In this document: one piece after another, positions 48,139 through 58,376 of the stretch | Layout of the letters: the number at the start of each line of letters is the position of its first letter | Numbering within the stretch: the first letter of the stretch is position 1 | Position numbers and translations under genes: made by a program | The notes under the pieces: generated by a model | What the model saw: only the letters and a program-made list of their open reading frames with translations | Told to the model about the DNA's origin: nothing | The model's database searches: none | Origin: Candidatus Latescibacterota bacterium | GTDB lineage: Bacteria; Latescibacterota; UBA2968 | Length of the DNA: 64,000 bases | Direction of reading: 5' to 3' | Assembly (NCBI GenBank): GCA_965116885.1 | Contig: OZ220741.1 | Coordinates: 4,960,001-5,024,000, forward strand

Positions 48139-49392
48139 TCAACCTCCTGTATGTCTATCCCTCCGAAAACAAATCCAAAACAGCAGTGCCCCCATCCCCG
48201 TGAACACTGCCCCGGTTAGAAAAAGACTCGAATACCCCGCAACTGGAATCATATACCCACCGCCCAGAGCCATTGCCGAATAGCCCAACCCCGACATCAT
48301 AGCAGTCGCACCCGACATCGCTGTACGCCAGCGCACGGGCACCAATTCCTGGTGAAAAATGGCAAAAGCCGAGCGCCGTATCGAAGCCATCCCCATAATC
48401 CCCATCAGACAAATCCCCGCAACAATCCAATTTGAGACCAGCGCCATAAGAAATAAAAAAAGAGCTGTAACAACCGTTACCAGAACCACCGTCCGACGAA
48501 TGCCAAAACGAGCAGAAAAAAACGGGAGAGACAGCGCAGCCGGAACAGCGAGCAACTGTCCCGCGGCGAGTTGCACACTAATCAGAGAAAGACTGATACT
48601 GAGTCCCTTATCCATATAAACATTAAAAAATGTTCGCGCAGCCGCTTCGCCTGCAACGTGGAGAACAGAAATCAGCGAAGTAATCACAATAGCCGCAAGA
48701 GGAAGCGCAGGCGCATTGGAAACATCGCCATTATCCCCCAGTTCCCGCTTGCGTCCAACCCGAACATCCTGCGTGGCGAGCAGCGCGAAAACCGCCGGAA
48801 TCAGACAGAGCACCCCAATAAACAGCGTATAGCGATAAACAACTGGCTCTGCAAGTGAAACATTGAGCACACCTGCCAAATAATCCGGAACAACGCCCCC
48901 CAACATACTCCCGACAAAACCCGAAAATGGCATCAGCGCGGCTTGCACGGCAAAAACCGGGTCGCGCTCAACCGAACCGGTAATGCCCATCAAATAAGGC
49001 GTGCCATTCACAATAAACAGCGCAATACCCATCACACCCAGCGAATAAGATATTAAAATAAAATAATCGCGCGGGCTGCCGGAAGAAATCAACTCCGCCT
49101 GTGAAAGCAATCCAAAACCCACCACAGACACACAAATCCCAACAACCATCGTAAACCGACTGCCCCAGCGTCCCCCCAGCATCCCGCTGGGCAAACTGGA
49201 CAGGGCAAAACAAAGTGCTCCCGTGGCATTGGCCAATCCCACAAATTCGGTATTATACCCCAGGCGCAACAAATAGAGATTGTATAAAAGAGGATAAATA
49301 CCACCAAAAAGGACAAAACCAAACAGCGCATTAGCCATTAAATAAAGGCGCACGTCGCGGGAAAAATGCACATTTGAAAAAGGGATCGGCAT
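48139..49392 (-). CDS. MFS transporter
   Basis: About twelve TM helices, with MFS-like loops GGRWGSR and ARFGIRR. Confidence 0.85.
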   Translation of the reverse strand: MPIPFSNVHFSRDVRLYLMANALFGFVLFGGIYPLLYNLYLLRLGYNTEFVGLANATGALCFALSSLPSGMLGGRWGSRFTMVVGICVSVVGFGLLSQAELISSGSPRDYFILISYSLGVMGIALFIVNGTPYLMGITGSVERDPVFAVQAALMPFSGFVGSMLGGVVPDYLAGVLNVSLAEPVVYRYTLFIGVLCLIPAVFALLATQDVRVGRKRELGDNGDVSNAPALPLAAIVITSLISVLHVAGEAAARTFFNVYMDKGLSISLSLISVQLAAGQLLAVPAALSLPFFSARFGIRRTVVLVTVVTALFLFLMALVSNWIVAGICLMGIMGMASIRRSAFAIFHQELVPVRWRTAMSGATAMMSGLGYSAMALGGGYMIPVAGYSSLFLTGAVFTGMGALLFWICFRRDRHTGG

Positions 49393-49403
49393 TGGTCAGT
49401 TTC

Positions 49404-50618
49404 TTAATTCTTAATTCTTAATTGCTTTTCCCATGCCGCGGGCAGATTGCCTTGCAGGAGTTCGCTTTTCATGCGGATATGTACAGTATCTCGATCTGCT
49501 GCATGTGCGGCCCAGAAAGTACTATCTCGCGTTGTCGCTTCTGGCAGAATCACAATTTCCGGTGCTTCAAAAATTGCGGGTGGCAAATCCGTATTGAGAT
49601 CATAGCGATAGCAACGCGTTGTCGCTTGCGCGGTATAATCGCGTGTCTTAATCGTACAAATTTGACGCTCGGGCAACCAGTACTCGTTGAGATACCGCGT
49701 ATTTTGCTGATAAACCTGCCAGTGATCTATGCCGCGCAATTGCAAAAGAGCGGGAAAATTGAGACGCAGATCATAGCCCACAAGCGAAAAGTCATCGCGG
49801 GCGATCCATATATCGCCGAGCAGCCCCGGCTCATTCCCGTGCCGCGGTGACACACCAATACGCGAAACGTGAAGATCGCCCACCTGCACCGTAGAAATGC
49901 GTTCATAGTGGTAGTGTTCAAGCGCGGCGGACGACAGGGGATGCGGCGCGATTTCAAAGGATTTATCATCTACAATACCCCGTGCAGGGCTTTGCGTAAG
50001 CCCTGGGGAAACACTCAACCGCCACTTGCCCCAATTGCGTATGCCCGTAATATGCTGTGCGAGGCTATCGGGGGATTGATAGTAGCCTTTGATTGTGTAC
50101 TCAATACCCGCAACAATGTCCTCTGTTCTGTGATGGATCACCTTTTGACTGCTATACGCATCAAAGGCGTAAGTATGCATATTCACATGAGATGTGTGGA
50201 GATATTCGAAGCGCGTGCTCGCAATCAGGCGGCGGATTAGCTCGGGTGCGGAGAGGTCCTGTACTGTGGTTTCCTCCCGCAGGAGTATAGGGATGGGTAA
50301 AAGTGAAAGTTTTAGTGTGGAGATCAGACCGAGCGAAAGCACGAGGGTTGTGTCCGACGGGGTATAACCGTGGTGGCGTGCCTGAATGCGGATCCCCCCC
50401 GGCGCGAGTCCTTCTATCTCAATACGCCCGTGCAGGTCGGTAATATAAACGCGGGGCAATTCGCTCGCTCGGCGGATAACAACGGTGGCATAAGGCAGGC
50501 TCGCACCGGTATCGGCATCGCGGCACTGCACGTCGAGAACAGATGTCGAGTCAGTCTGGGCAGATGAGATTGAAGGCCAGAGGAAAGCAGAAAAAAAAAG
50601 AGGCAAAAAGCGGATCAT
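49404..50618 (-). CDS. Secreted carboxypeptidase-regulatory-like plus DUF5686-like protein
   Basis: Signal peptide, DADTGASLPYATV...TD..G...HGY, HPLS..AL.HY.Y, RDSTFW. ATGA overlap at the start. Confidence 0.65.
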   Translation of the reverse strand: MIRFLPLFFSAFLWPSISSAQTDSTSVLDVQCRDADTGASLPYATVVIRRASELPRVYITDLHGRIEIEGLAPGGIRIQARHHGYTPSDTTLVLSLGLISTLKLSLLPIPILLREETTVQDLSAPELIRRLIASTRFEYLHTSHVNMHTYAFDAYSSQKVIHHRTEDIVAGIEYTIKGYYQSPDSLAQHITGIRNWGKWRLSVSPGLTQSPARGIVDDKSFEIAPHPLSSAALEHYHYERISTVQVGDLHVSRIGVSPRHGNEPGLLGDIWIARDDFSLVGYDLRLNFPALLQLRGIDHWQVYQQNTRYLNEYWLPERQICTIKTRDYTAQATTRCYRYDLNTDLPPAIFEAPEIVILPEATTRDSTFWAAHAADRDTVHIRMKSELLQGNLPAAWEKQLRIKN

Positions 50619-51706
50619 TGTTTTTTGCCGCGCGCGAGAATATCCCACACGACTTCTACGCGATCATTGCGCGTACCGTAGATCTGATCGTGCAAAAATA
50701 CGGTCATGTCGGAATACCCGGAAATAAATTGAATTTTATCGCCAATCTTTAGCTCACTATGCGTCAGGCTGAGCAAAGCGTGTTCTGCCGCCAGGCCCGT
50801 TACGACAACATCTGTTCGGTCTTTGACCTCGGGCAATGAAGGGTGGCTGCTCGTTGTCTTGCGTCCGGCATCGGCAACCGCGCGGTCGGGAGCCGCGCGA
50901 CTGATAACCGTGGTCAACACGGAAAGTGCGTGTTCCAAACCGCGAACATGGAGTCCATCGCGATAATAAGTATCCATAAAAATGCCCCCGCCAGCCTGTA
51001 TCTCAGTAATGCCGGGAAAATCGGGGGTAAACGCGAGCGTGCCCGTCCCCCCCGCACTGACGATACCCACGCGCAACCCCGCATCCTCAATGAGATTGCG
51101 CGTCTTTGACAATTCTCCCACAGCCTTCCTGCATGCGGCTTCTTTGGCGGCATTATCCAGAGCCATTGCGTGCCCCTCATAACCCATAATCCCCGCAAAA
51201 ACCACACCGGGCGCGGCATCAGCCTCCTGTGCCAGCGCGAGAGTTGGATCACCCGGCGGCACGCCACAGCGTTTCATGCCGACATCTACCTCAACAAGCA
51301 CGCGCACGTTGACGCCAACATCTGTAGCCGCGTCACTTATCGCGCGGATATGAACGGGATCATCAACCGCCACCATAACATCTGCGCGGCGGCGCAGGTT
51401 GACCAGACGCGCGACTTTTTCTCGCCCAACAACTTGATTGGCGACGAGTATATCCGAAATGCCGGCGTCTGCCAGCACTTCGGCTTCACCGAGTTTGGCA
51501 CAGGTAATGCCAATAGCACCTGCGCGCAGTTGTTTGTGGGCAATAGCGGGCGTTTTATGACCCTTCGCATGGGGCCGCCAGTGCAACCCGCTGTCTCGAC
51601 ATCGAGCCGCCATCTTCTGGATATTATTATCCATCTTATCCAGATCAATGAGCAGCGCGGGCGTATCGAGTACCTGTATGGATTGACCAATCGGAGAATA
51701 GGGCAT
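50615..51706 (-). CDS. DSD1-family PLP enzyme (D-threonine aldolase/D-serine dehydratase-like)
   Basis: DTPALLID, RPHAKGHK, CAKLGEA, RCG, GYEGH, SAGGTGT, EIQAG. Confidence 0.9.
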   Translation of the reverse strand: MPYSPIGQSIQVLDTPALLIDLDKMDNNIQKMAARCRDSGLHWRPHAKGHKTPAIAHKQLRAGAIGITCAKLGEAEVLADAGISDILVANQVVGREKVARLVNLRRRADVMVAVDDPVHIRAISDAATDVGVNVRVLVEVDVGMKRCGVPPGDPTLALAQEADAAPGVVFAGIMGYEGHAMALDNAAKEAACRKAVGELSKTRNLIEDAGLRVGIVSAGGTGTLAFTPDFPGITEIQAGGGIFMDTYYRDGLHVRGLEHALSVLTTVISRAAPDRAVADAGRKTTSSHPSLPEVKDRTDVVVTGLAAEHALLSLTHSELKIGDKIQFISGYSDMTVFLHDQIYGTRNDRVEVVWDILARGKKQ

Positions 51707-51724
51707 GATAAACCTTTAACTTTC

Positions 51725-52735
51725 TCATCCGAGATGAACATTGCTACCGCCCCACTCAGAAAGCGGAGGCAAGATACCATCGTCAATAGTCTGGTCTCGC
51801 AACGCAGTCAGATGGGCGTAGGATTCGCGCAGGGCATTGATATCGTCTTCGGTACCTTCGGGTATAGACCAGTTCACACCCGAAGCAGACAGAGTCACAG
51901 GCATAGCCATCATAATATTGTCAAATCCCTCGGCATTGAGATATGCACCACAGGGCCAATCATAGGACTCACCCAGAACACCACGCAGCATAAAAACGCT
52001 TTGCTGTGCCGGCGATTGGAACGAAGAACGCCCGCGCAGATCGATAATACGAGCACCACCCCCGCGTACGTGATCTTGAACATCAGCCCATTCATCGGCA
52101 CTCATGCCAACGCCATTGACAGCCTCTCCATTGAGAATATCGGTCAGGGGTGTGCCATCAATCTGAATACCGCCGATAAACACGGCCATCTGTTCGCCGT
52201 GCCCTCCGTACGTGCGACAACCAGTGACTTTGCTCTGCAAAATGTCGAAATGTTGTGCCAGTCGGGTTTGCAAGCGCGTGCTATCGAGCGCGGCGAGGGT
52301 CGTCACGCGCCCGGGTTCGAGTCCCGAATGTACCAGCGTGGTCAACCCCGTAATGTCGGCGGGATTAAAAATAATGATGACAAACTTACAGTTGGAACAA
52401 TACTGTTTGATATCGAGGCCGAGTTGTTTGGCAATTTCTGCATTGTCGCGTCGCAAGTCTTCGCGGGTCATGCCTTCTTTGCGCGGCGCGCCCCCGGAAC
52501 TGATGACATAAGATGCGCCTTCAAGTGCTTCGGCAACATCGGTCGTCCACGTAACATCGGCATTGGGGAAACCGCAGTGATAGACCTCCTCGGCTGCGCC
52601 TTCAAGCCCGGGTGCAAAAGGATCGTACATAGCCACACGAGACGCCGTGTCCGAAGACAAGAGCGTTTGTGCAAGGTTAGAACCAATGGCGCCTGCCGCA
52701 CCCATTACGGAAACTTTTTCATCTGTCAGGTACAT
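51725..52735 (-). CDS. mdh: Malate dehydrogenase
   Basis: GAAGAIGS, GAPRKEGMTREDL, FNPAD, LDSTRL, GGHGE, RGRSS. Start ATG 52735. Confidence 0.88.
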   Translation of the reverse strand: MYLTDEKVSVMGAAGAIGSNLAQTLLSSDTASRVAMYDPFAPGLEGAAEEVYHCGFPNADVTWTTDVAEALEGASYVISSGGAPRKEGMTREDLRRDNAEIAKQLGLDIKQYCSNCKFVIIIFNPADITGLTTLVHSGLEPGRVTTLAALDSTRLQTRLAQHFDILQSKVTGCRTYGGHGEQMAVFIGGIQIDGTPLTDILNGEAVNGVGMSADEWADVQDHVRGGGARIIDLRGRSSFQSPAQQSVFMLRGVLGESYDWPCGAYLNAEGFDNIMMAMPVTLSASGVNWSIPEGTEDDINALRESYAHLTALRDQTIDDGILPPLSEWGGSNVHLG

Positions 52736-52765
52736 CGATACTCCTCTTTCTGGTGATGGACGGAG

Positions 52766-52793
52766 AAAACCCCGCACTTTGGTACGGGGTTTT
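52766..52793. terminator. Terminator-like hairpin
   Basis: aaaaccccg...cggggtttt. Confidence 0.6.
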
Positions 52794-52833
52794 AGGATTT
52801 AAATTATGGGTAAACCGAGACGCAATAGATCAT

Positions 52834-54021
52834 CTACTCTGGATTTTGATTCTGAAGCGCCTCGTACATCTGAAATGCTTCGGTTGCTTTTTTTACACAT
52901 TCTGCGGCAACTTCGCCTTCCGCGACTTCTGATTTGCGCGCATAAACACGAGACAACGCCGCCCATGCTCTGGCATTACTCGCTTGCAACTCGGTCACTT
53001 TTGAAAAAGCTTCAATAGCCTTGTCGTAAGCATCTATTTTATCTGCGAGCAGACCAAGCTGGTACCACGCATCGGCGTCAGTGGGATTTGCTTCAACACT
53101 TTTGCCAAACAGATCGAGTGCTCTATCGCCTTTGTCGAGTTGCTTATACGCGATTGCGAGGTTGAACAGCGCATCCATATTATCGGGTTGTACCTCAACC
53201 ACTTTTTCGAGAATCTCAGCAGACTTTTCGTAATTTTCAGCCTGCAAATAAATGCTTGCTGCAATATTCAAAATTTTTGGATCATCGCCAGCAACAGCCA
53301 GCGCCTTTTCCGCTGATTCCGCCGCGCCTTCTTTGTCGTCCAGTCGATATTGGGCAATCGCCATTTGCTCCAAAATATTGATTTCTTCGGGATCAATCTC
53401 ATGGCCCTTTTTGAAATTTTCAAGTGCTTCTTCAAATCGACCAACATTCATAAGCGCGCCGCCCAAATTGTAAAAAGACTGCGCTTTTTTGGGATTGAGT
53501 TCAATTGCTTTTTGATACATCTCAATACCCGCTTCTGAATTGCCCGAATTGAGATGCGTAATAGCCATCCCTTCATAAGCATCGGCTTCATTGGGGTTAA
53601 TCGTAATGGCGAGATCGAATTGCTCCATGGCAAAATCGAATCTCTGGGCATTCATCCCCTTGACAGCCATATTGTAATACCGCGTCCAGAGCTCTTTGCG
53701 ATCGGCATCGACTTTCCTTTTCCACTTTCTGTCCGTTGCCAGATTATAGTGCTCATTCATCTCTTCAAAAAGCTCTTTCTGGCCGTAAAGCCACCCCAAA
53801 TAATACTGCACCTCGGAATCGTCGGGGCGCCCTTCTACAGCGATCATATACTGTTCCATCGCCTTGTCGTATTGGCGCTGGTTGATATACAATTTGCCCG
53901 AGCGTTTGGCTACTGAAGCCTGTCCTTTGGTCACTTTTGCCTCTGCGGTCTGTACGAACAATGGGGTCGCAGCAAAGGCCAGTGCAAGGACAACAATAAA
54001 TCCGCGCTTAAAAAATGTCAT
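52834..54021 (-). CDS. Secreted TPR protein
   Basis: Signal peptide ending AEA, multiple 34-aa TPR units. Confidence 0.9.
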   Translation of the reverse strand: MTFFKRGFIVVLALAFAATPLFVQTAEAKVTKGQASVAKRSGKLYINQRQYDKAMEQYMIAVEGRPDDSEVQYYLGWLYGQKELFEEMNEHYNLATDRKWKRKVDADRKELWTRYYNMAVKGMNAQRFDFAMEQFDLAITINPNEADAYEGMAITHLNSGNSEAGIEMYQKAIELNPKKAQSFYNLGGALMNVGRFEEALENFKKGHEIDPEEINILEQMAIAQYRLDDKEGAAESAEKALAVAGDDPKILNIAASIYLQAENYEKSAEILEKVVEVQPDNMDALFNLAIAYKQLDKGDRALDLFGKSVEANPTDADAWYQLGLLADKIDAYDKAIEAFSKVTELQASNARAWAALSRVYARKSEVAEGEVAAECVKKATEAFQMYEALQNQNPE

Positions 54022-54088
54022 GGGAATCTTCCTTTCTCAAAGCAACCGGCGCGTTCCGGCAGCAGGTTAAATGACAATGCACACCGCC

Positions 54089-54117
54089 AATATATGCAGT
54101 GTGCAAAATCCTGTCAA
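54089..54117 (-). promoter_or_regulatory. Sigma70-type promoter
   Basis: TTGACA-17 bp-TATATT upstream of the TPR gene. Confidence 0.65.
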
Positions 54118-54144
54118 GTCTCTGCGCGAAGGCGCGAACTGCGC

Positions 54145-55476
54145 TTAAAAAATAATCAGTTCTGGACTTTGCAACCTGGGGATCGCGGGTTTGGATGCGC
54201 CAAAAGAAAAACCAATCGGCAAACTAAAGCCGCGGATAGTACCCAGGGTTCTATTATTTTCGAGATCGACGATAAAGACCTGCAAATTGCCCGTTGTAGA
54301 AAAAGCGTCGAGTCTTTCAACACCGGTGACGTACACAGTCTTACCATCGGGTGTAAGGCCGATATTTGCCACACTTTCACCGACAAAAATTTCGGCTGTT
54401 TGCCTCCATGTTTGTGTATCAATGACCACAATACCGCCCCAGAACGCGGGCACGGAATTGCCCAGGGCATCAAAGCCGAAAAAGAAACGACTGAGAGATG
54501 CGACAAGGCGTGTGCCATCGGCGGAAAGCGCGATATCGCGGACTTCAACGCCCAGATCATTGGCCTGACCGAGTGTGAGGCTATCGGCAATCGCTCTGGT
54601 GCTGGTATTGACGTTGAGCACGCGGCCCGCGCGGGTATTGTTGAGATAAAGGGTTTGTCCATCGGGCGAGACGGCCATTCGACTGACGGTTTGGCCCACC
54701 GAGATACTGTCAATCAGCGCTGGAATACCCGTGTCAATAACAGACACGGCATTTGTAGCAAGACCATGCCCAACAAAGAGGCGTGTGCCATCGGGCGAGA
54801 TGGCAATACCACTGGGCGTGGACGGGACATCAATAATGTCCAGAGACTGCCAGGCAAGCAAATCAAATACTTCGACCGCCGCACCGGATTCTTCGGTCAC
54901 ATAAGCAAACTGGTGATCGGGTGAAAGCACAATGCGAAACCCGCCCCGACTTGTGAATGCTCCGCCCGGTGCAATTGGCATTTCGAGTGAGAGTTGAAAT
55001 TCGGGAATTCCATCTTCAGTAAATGCGTGGAAGGTATCGGTAGCAGCCACATAAAGCCGCTTGTTGATATTGGAAAACGCAATACCCCGCGGAAAAGAAA
55101 CGGGAATTATTCGATTGGGATCGAGCAAATTGGTCGAGAGGTCAAGAACCTGAATATTGCCAATTAAATCGCTAATATAAAGAAACCGGGGCGCGGGTTC
55201 TGCAGGTGGAGGTGGCGGCGGACTTGAAGACCCGCCAAAAGCATTGACAAAAAGCAAAAAATCCGAAAAATCGATTGTGCCATTGCCATCGAGATCGAGT
55301 TTTTCATTAAAATCATCCTGACCGGCGGACTTGCCAAACCCTTGAGCAAACGCCAGAAAGTCAGTGAAATCGACCGTGCCATTGCCATCAAAATCAGCCG
55401 ACTTTGTTTCCTGGGCATCGAGCAATGAGGATGCCAAAATTAGTGTGAGAGATAATGCAATCGCGGTATATTTCAT
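54145..55476 (-). CDS. Secreted dockerin-like/EF-hand plus YVTN-type beta-propeller protein
   Basis: Paired DFDGNGTVDFTDF and DLDGNGTIDFSDF, Pro linker, repeated SPDG blades. Confidence 0.82.
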   Translation of the reverse strand: MKYTAIALSLTLILASSLLDAQETKSADFDGNGTVDFTDFLAFAQGFGKSAGQDDFNEKLDLDGNGTIDFSDFLLFVNAFGGSSSPPPPPPAEPAPRFLYISDLIGNIQVLDLSTNLLDPNRIIPVSFPRGIAFSNINKRLYVAATDTFHAFTEDGIPEFQLSLEMPIAPGGAFTSRGGFRIVLSPDHQFAYVTEESGAAVEVFDLLAWQSLDIIDVPSTPSGIAISPDGTRLFVGHGLATNAVSVIDTGIPALIDSISVGQTVSRMAVSPDGQTLYLNNTRAGRVLNVNTSTRAIADSLTLGQANDLGVEVRDIALSADGTRLVASLSRFFFGFDALGNSVPAFWGGIVVIDTQTWRQTAEIFVGESVANIGLTPDGKTVYVTGVERLDAFSTTGNLQVFIVDLENNRTLGTIRGFSLPIGFSFGASKPAIPRLQSPELIIF

Positions 55477-55502
55477 AAATATTTCCTTTTTGAAGGGTAC
55501 TT

Positions 55503-55531
55503 ATGATACATTTGACCGTTGAGGCTGTCAA
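55503..55531 (-). promoter_or_regulatory. Sigma70-type promoter
   Basis: TTGACA-17 bp-TATCAT. Confidence 0.6.
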
Positions 55532-55604
55532 TCTGAATTAATTACATTTTGGGACGTTTCCCATTTAATTATAGTTCCCAGTTCTAAATAAAATAGGAGA
55601 TATT

Positions 55605-56390
55605 GTGTTACCCGATTATCCGACAATTTTCTGGATTCTAGCTGTCATTTCTGTAATTTTTGTCGGTATAGCCAAAGCCGGGTTTGGCGGAGGCGTTGGC
55701 ATTTTGGCAACGCCACTCATGGCACTTGTCATTCCCGTAGCAGATTCGGCGGCGATTTTGTTGCCACTCTTAATGGTTTGTGACGTATTTGCCGTTGCAC
55801 ACTACCGCAAGCATTTTCATCGGCGCAGTGTAAAATTGCTCTTACCCGGTGCCGCAATCGGGATCGGTATAGGCGCATTATTCTTTGGGTACTTCAGCGC
55901 GAATGAGCGCGTATTGCAACTCGGTTTGGGGATTTTGAGTTTGTTTTTTGTGGTATTCCAAGCTTTGCGCGCATTGATTACGGGCGCACTCACAAAGCGA
56001 CATCCACACAGTGCAGAAGGCGTTTTCATGGGCGCAATAGCGGGCTTTACATCAACTATCGCACATGCTGGCGGTCCTCCCACAACCATCTATTTGCTCC
56101 CCCAACAATTGCCCCGCGACCTCTTTGTGGGAACAACCGTAATTCTTTTTGCAGCGATCAATCAGATGAAATTAATTCCCTATTTGGGATTGGATATTTT
56201 GCGAGCCGAACATCTCGTCACAATTGCAATCCTATCCCCATTGAGCTACGCGGGCGTGAGATTGGGCATTTTCTTCAACAAGCGTTTTACAGACCACTGG
56301 TTTAATATAGCCGTCTATTCAATTCTATTTATCGCAGGCGTACAGTTAATTTCAGGCCAAAACTTAATTCAGTTGTTAGGCATTGTGTAA
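55605..56390 (+). CDS. Sulfite exporter TauE/SafE family protein
   Basis: GIAKAGFGGG, LLPLL..CD, AHAGGPP. Confidence 0.9.
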   Translation: MLPDYPTIFWILAVISVIFVGIAKAGFGGGVGILATPLMALVIPVADSAAILLPLLMVCDVFAVAHYRKHFHRRSVKLLLPGAAIGIGIGALFFGYFSANERVLQLGLGILSLFFVVFQALRALITGALTKRHPHSAEGVFMGAIAGFTSTIAHAGGPPTTIYLLPQQLPRDLFVGTTVILFAAINQMKLIPYLGLDILRAEHLVTIAILSPLSYAGVRLGIFFNKRFTDHWFNIAVYSILFIAGVQLISGQNLIQLLGIV

Positions 56391-56471
56391 ACTGTAAAAT
56401 TGCCCTATTTTTAAAAATAAAGGGCCGGGGACTGGTGTGATCTTTTCACGTCTCACTTCTGGAGGTTGGCC

Positions 56472-57083
56472 ATGGCATCGCGCATCTGCTTTCTACTGAC
56501 CTGTCTCGTCGTTTTTGCCGGATGTTATACGCAGCTTCGGGCACCGCGCGTTCATCAAAAACAACGCGCCGAATCCCCTGTCAAACCTTCTGATAAGTCT
56601 GTGCAACGGTTTGAATATTACTATTACAATTATTGCAATCCGTCTCCCCTGCCATTTTACGGTTCGTACAATCCATATCGCCCGCACCATCCATATCGGC
56701 GATATCCGGTGTGGAACAGACACCGCCTCATCTGGAAATATTCGAGTTGGGCAAGTGTGTACGATCCGTGGTGGCGGGGGTGGTCGCCGAGAATTTTGGT
56801 GTCTCATATTGTATATGCCCCAGCAGTAAGACCTGATATAGAACGCGAACAGGTCAACCCGCGTCCCCAGATAAGGTACACGGGCGCACGGGGCGCACCC
56901 GCCTCGGCCAGCGCAATTCGGAAGGACAGCTCCACAACGGAAAGCACACCGTCAACCCAGCAGACGGGAAACTCGCGCAGCACCAAAACACAATCAGCAG
57001 AAAAATCAGAAAAAAAAGAAGAACAGTCTGAAAAGCGCGAAGAGAAACGCTCAACACAGCGCCGCAGAGGGGGAATGAGATAA
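56472..57083 (+). CDS. Putative lipoprotein with Y/W/P-rich core and charged tail
   Basis: Lipobox FAGC followed by YTQL. GGAGG RBS. Stop overlaps the next start. Confidence 0.65.
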   Translation: MASRICFLLTCLVVFAGCYTQLRAPRVHQKQRAESPVKPSDKSVQRFEYYYYNYCNPSPLPFYGSYNPYRPHHPYRRYPVWNRHRLIWKYSSWASVYDPWWRGWSPRILVSHIVYAPAVRPDIEREQVNPRPQIRYTGARGAPASASAIRKDSSTTESTPSTQQTGNSRSTKTQSAEKSEKKEEQSEKREEKRSTQRRRGGMR

Positions 57084-58357
57084 TGCGAAAACATCTCTAT
57101 ATCCCGACATGTATGATTTGTGCCTTTGCAGTGTCTATCCAGGCACAAGAAGTCGTTCTCGATAGCTTTTCTGGCATTGGTGCCCGCGCCATGGGCATGG
57201 GCGGTGCTTATATTTCCGTATCCGATGATTTTTCTGGCCTGTTCTGGAACCCCGCGGGATTGGCCCGGGTCGAGCGCGGAACCGTAAATTGGAGCGTTTC
57301 ACACGACCGTTTTCGCAACATATCGCAATTCTTTGACCGCTCTTCAACCTTTGAATTGCGCAGTACGCGCATTGCATCCCTGGGATTTGTCTATCCCGTT
57401 CCCGTGTATCGCGGGAGTCTGGTCTTTGCCGGAGGCTTTGGGCGCAATCGAAATTTTGACGGGGGATTGCAGATCGATGCGTATGATACCAGCGTCAATT
57501 TTGATAAAGCGGGATTTTCAGAAGACAAAGGTGCTCTGGGCGCGTGGACATTGGGAACTGCAATTGATCTGATGCCGCGTTTGTCGGCGGGGATCTCGTT
57601 GTTTCGCTGGGGTGGAACAAATCGCTTTATGCAGGAATTGACCCTTGAGGATGTGCAACGGGTACACGCCGACACCGTCCGCATCTTCCAGCGTTTTGAA
57701 TCTGAGGAACGCTATTCTGCCTGGGGTATCCAGGGCGGCATTCTGTATTGGCATCCCACGGGTTTCCGGTTTGGCATTGTGGCAACAGCAGCCACGCCTT
57801 TGCGCGTATCGGCTGAACTGGCAGATGAATTTGAAGACGCGTTTGAAGACCGCACAGATACCTATCCACGCGAATCTTTTTCAGACGCATATGAAATTCG
57901 CCAACCCCTGACTTTTGGGATGGGAATCGGATGGTCATCGGGTGGATTGACGGTGAGCGGCGACGTGCATTACGGCGATTTACAAGAAGTAACCTACGAG
58001 ATTTTGCCACTCAATATTGCACCCAATGTAGATGATTTCCGGCGGCAATATCGCAGCGAGGCGCGGTTGCATTTGGGATGTGAATATGCTATTCCGCATT
58101 GGGGTATTGCGTTCAGAGGTGGATACTACCGCGACCCGGTTCGCTATGTGGGAGGTGGCAGTGTCCCAGAAATTCAAATTGAGACAGACCGCGATGCGTG
58201 GACACTCGGTTTTGGCACCGAATTGGAAAAGGCTGTAACTCTGGATTTTGCCGCAGTGATTGGCGGCTACAAAGCCATTGAAGGCAATCGCGCAGATCGC
58301 GTGCGTGCAGTGCGGGTACTCGCTTCCGCGCGTTTTTATTTTTTTACAGGACTTTAG
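57083..58357 (+). CDS. OmpP1/FadL/TodX-type outer membrane beta-barrel
   Basis: GARAMGMGGAY...FWNPAGL, FRGGYY, aromatic C-terminal strand. Confidence 0.82.
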   Translation: MRKHLYIPTCMICAFAVSIQAQEVVLDSFSGIGARAMGMGGAYISVSDDFSGLFWNPAGLARVERGTVNWSVSHDRFRNISQFFDRSSTFELRSTRIASLGFVYPVPVYRGSLVFAGGFGRNRNFDGGLQIDAYDTSVNFDKAGFSEDKGALGAWTLGTAIDLMPRLSAGISLFRWGGTNRFMQELTLEDVQRVHADTVRIFQRFESEERYSAWGIQGGILYWHPTGFRFGIVATAATPLRVSAELADEFEDAFEDRTDTYPRESFSDAYEIRQPLTFGMGIGWSSGGLTVSGDVHYGDLQEVTYEILPLNIAPNVDDFRRQYRSEARLHLGCEYAIPHWGIAFRGGYYRDPVRYVGGGSVPEIQIETDRDAWTLGFGTELEKAVTLDFAAVIGGYKAIEGNRADRVRAVRVLASARFYFFTGL

Positions 58358-58376
58358 AGAGCACAAAGGAGTTAGC

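Noticed and set aside
49000..50000. Replication origin at the skew change
   Set aside because: No intergenic AT-rich region, DnaA-box cluster or dnaA/dnaN/gyrB genes nearby.
50591..50599. A9 tract in a signal-peptide coding region as a phase-variation switch
   Set aside because: The frame is intact and the tract encodes ordinary Leu/Phe codons. No evidence of slippage without reads.
51170..52756. 528-aa + strand ORF
   Set aside because: Antisense shadow of mdh and the DSD1-family gene, with no recognisable motifs.
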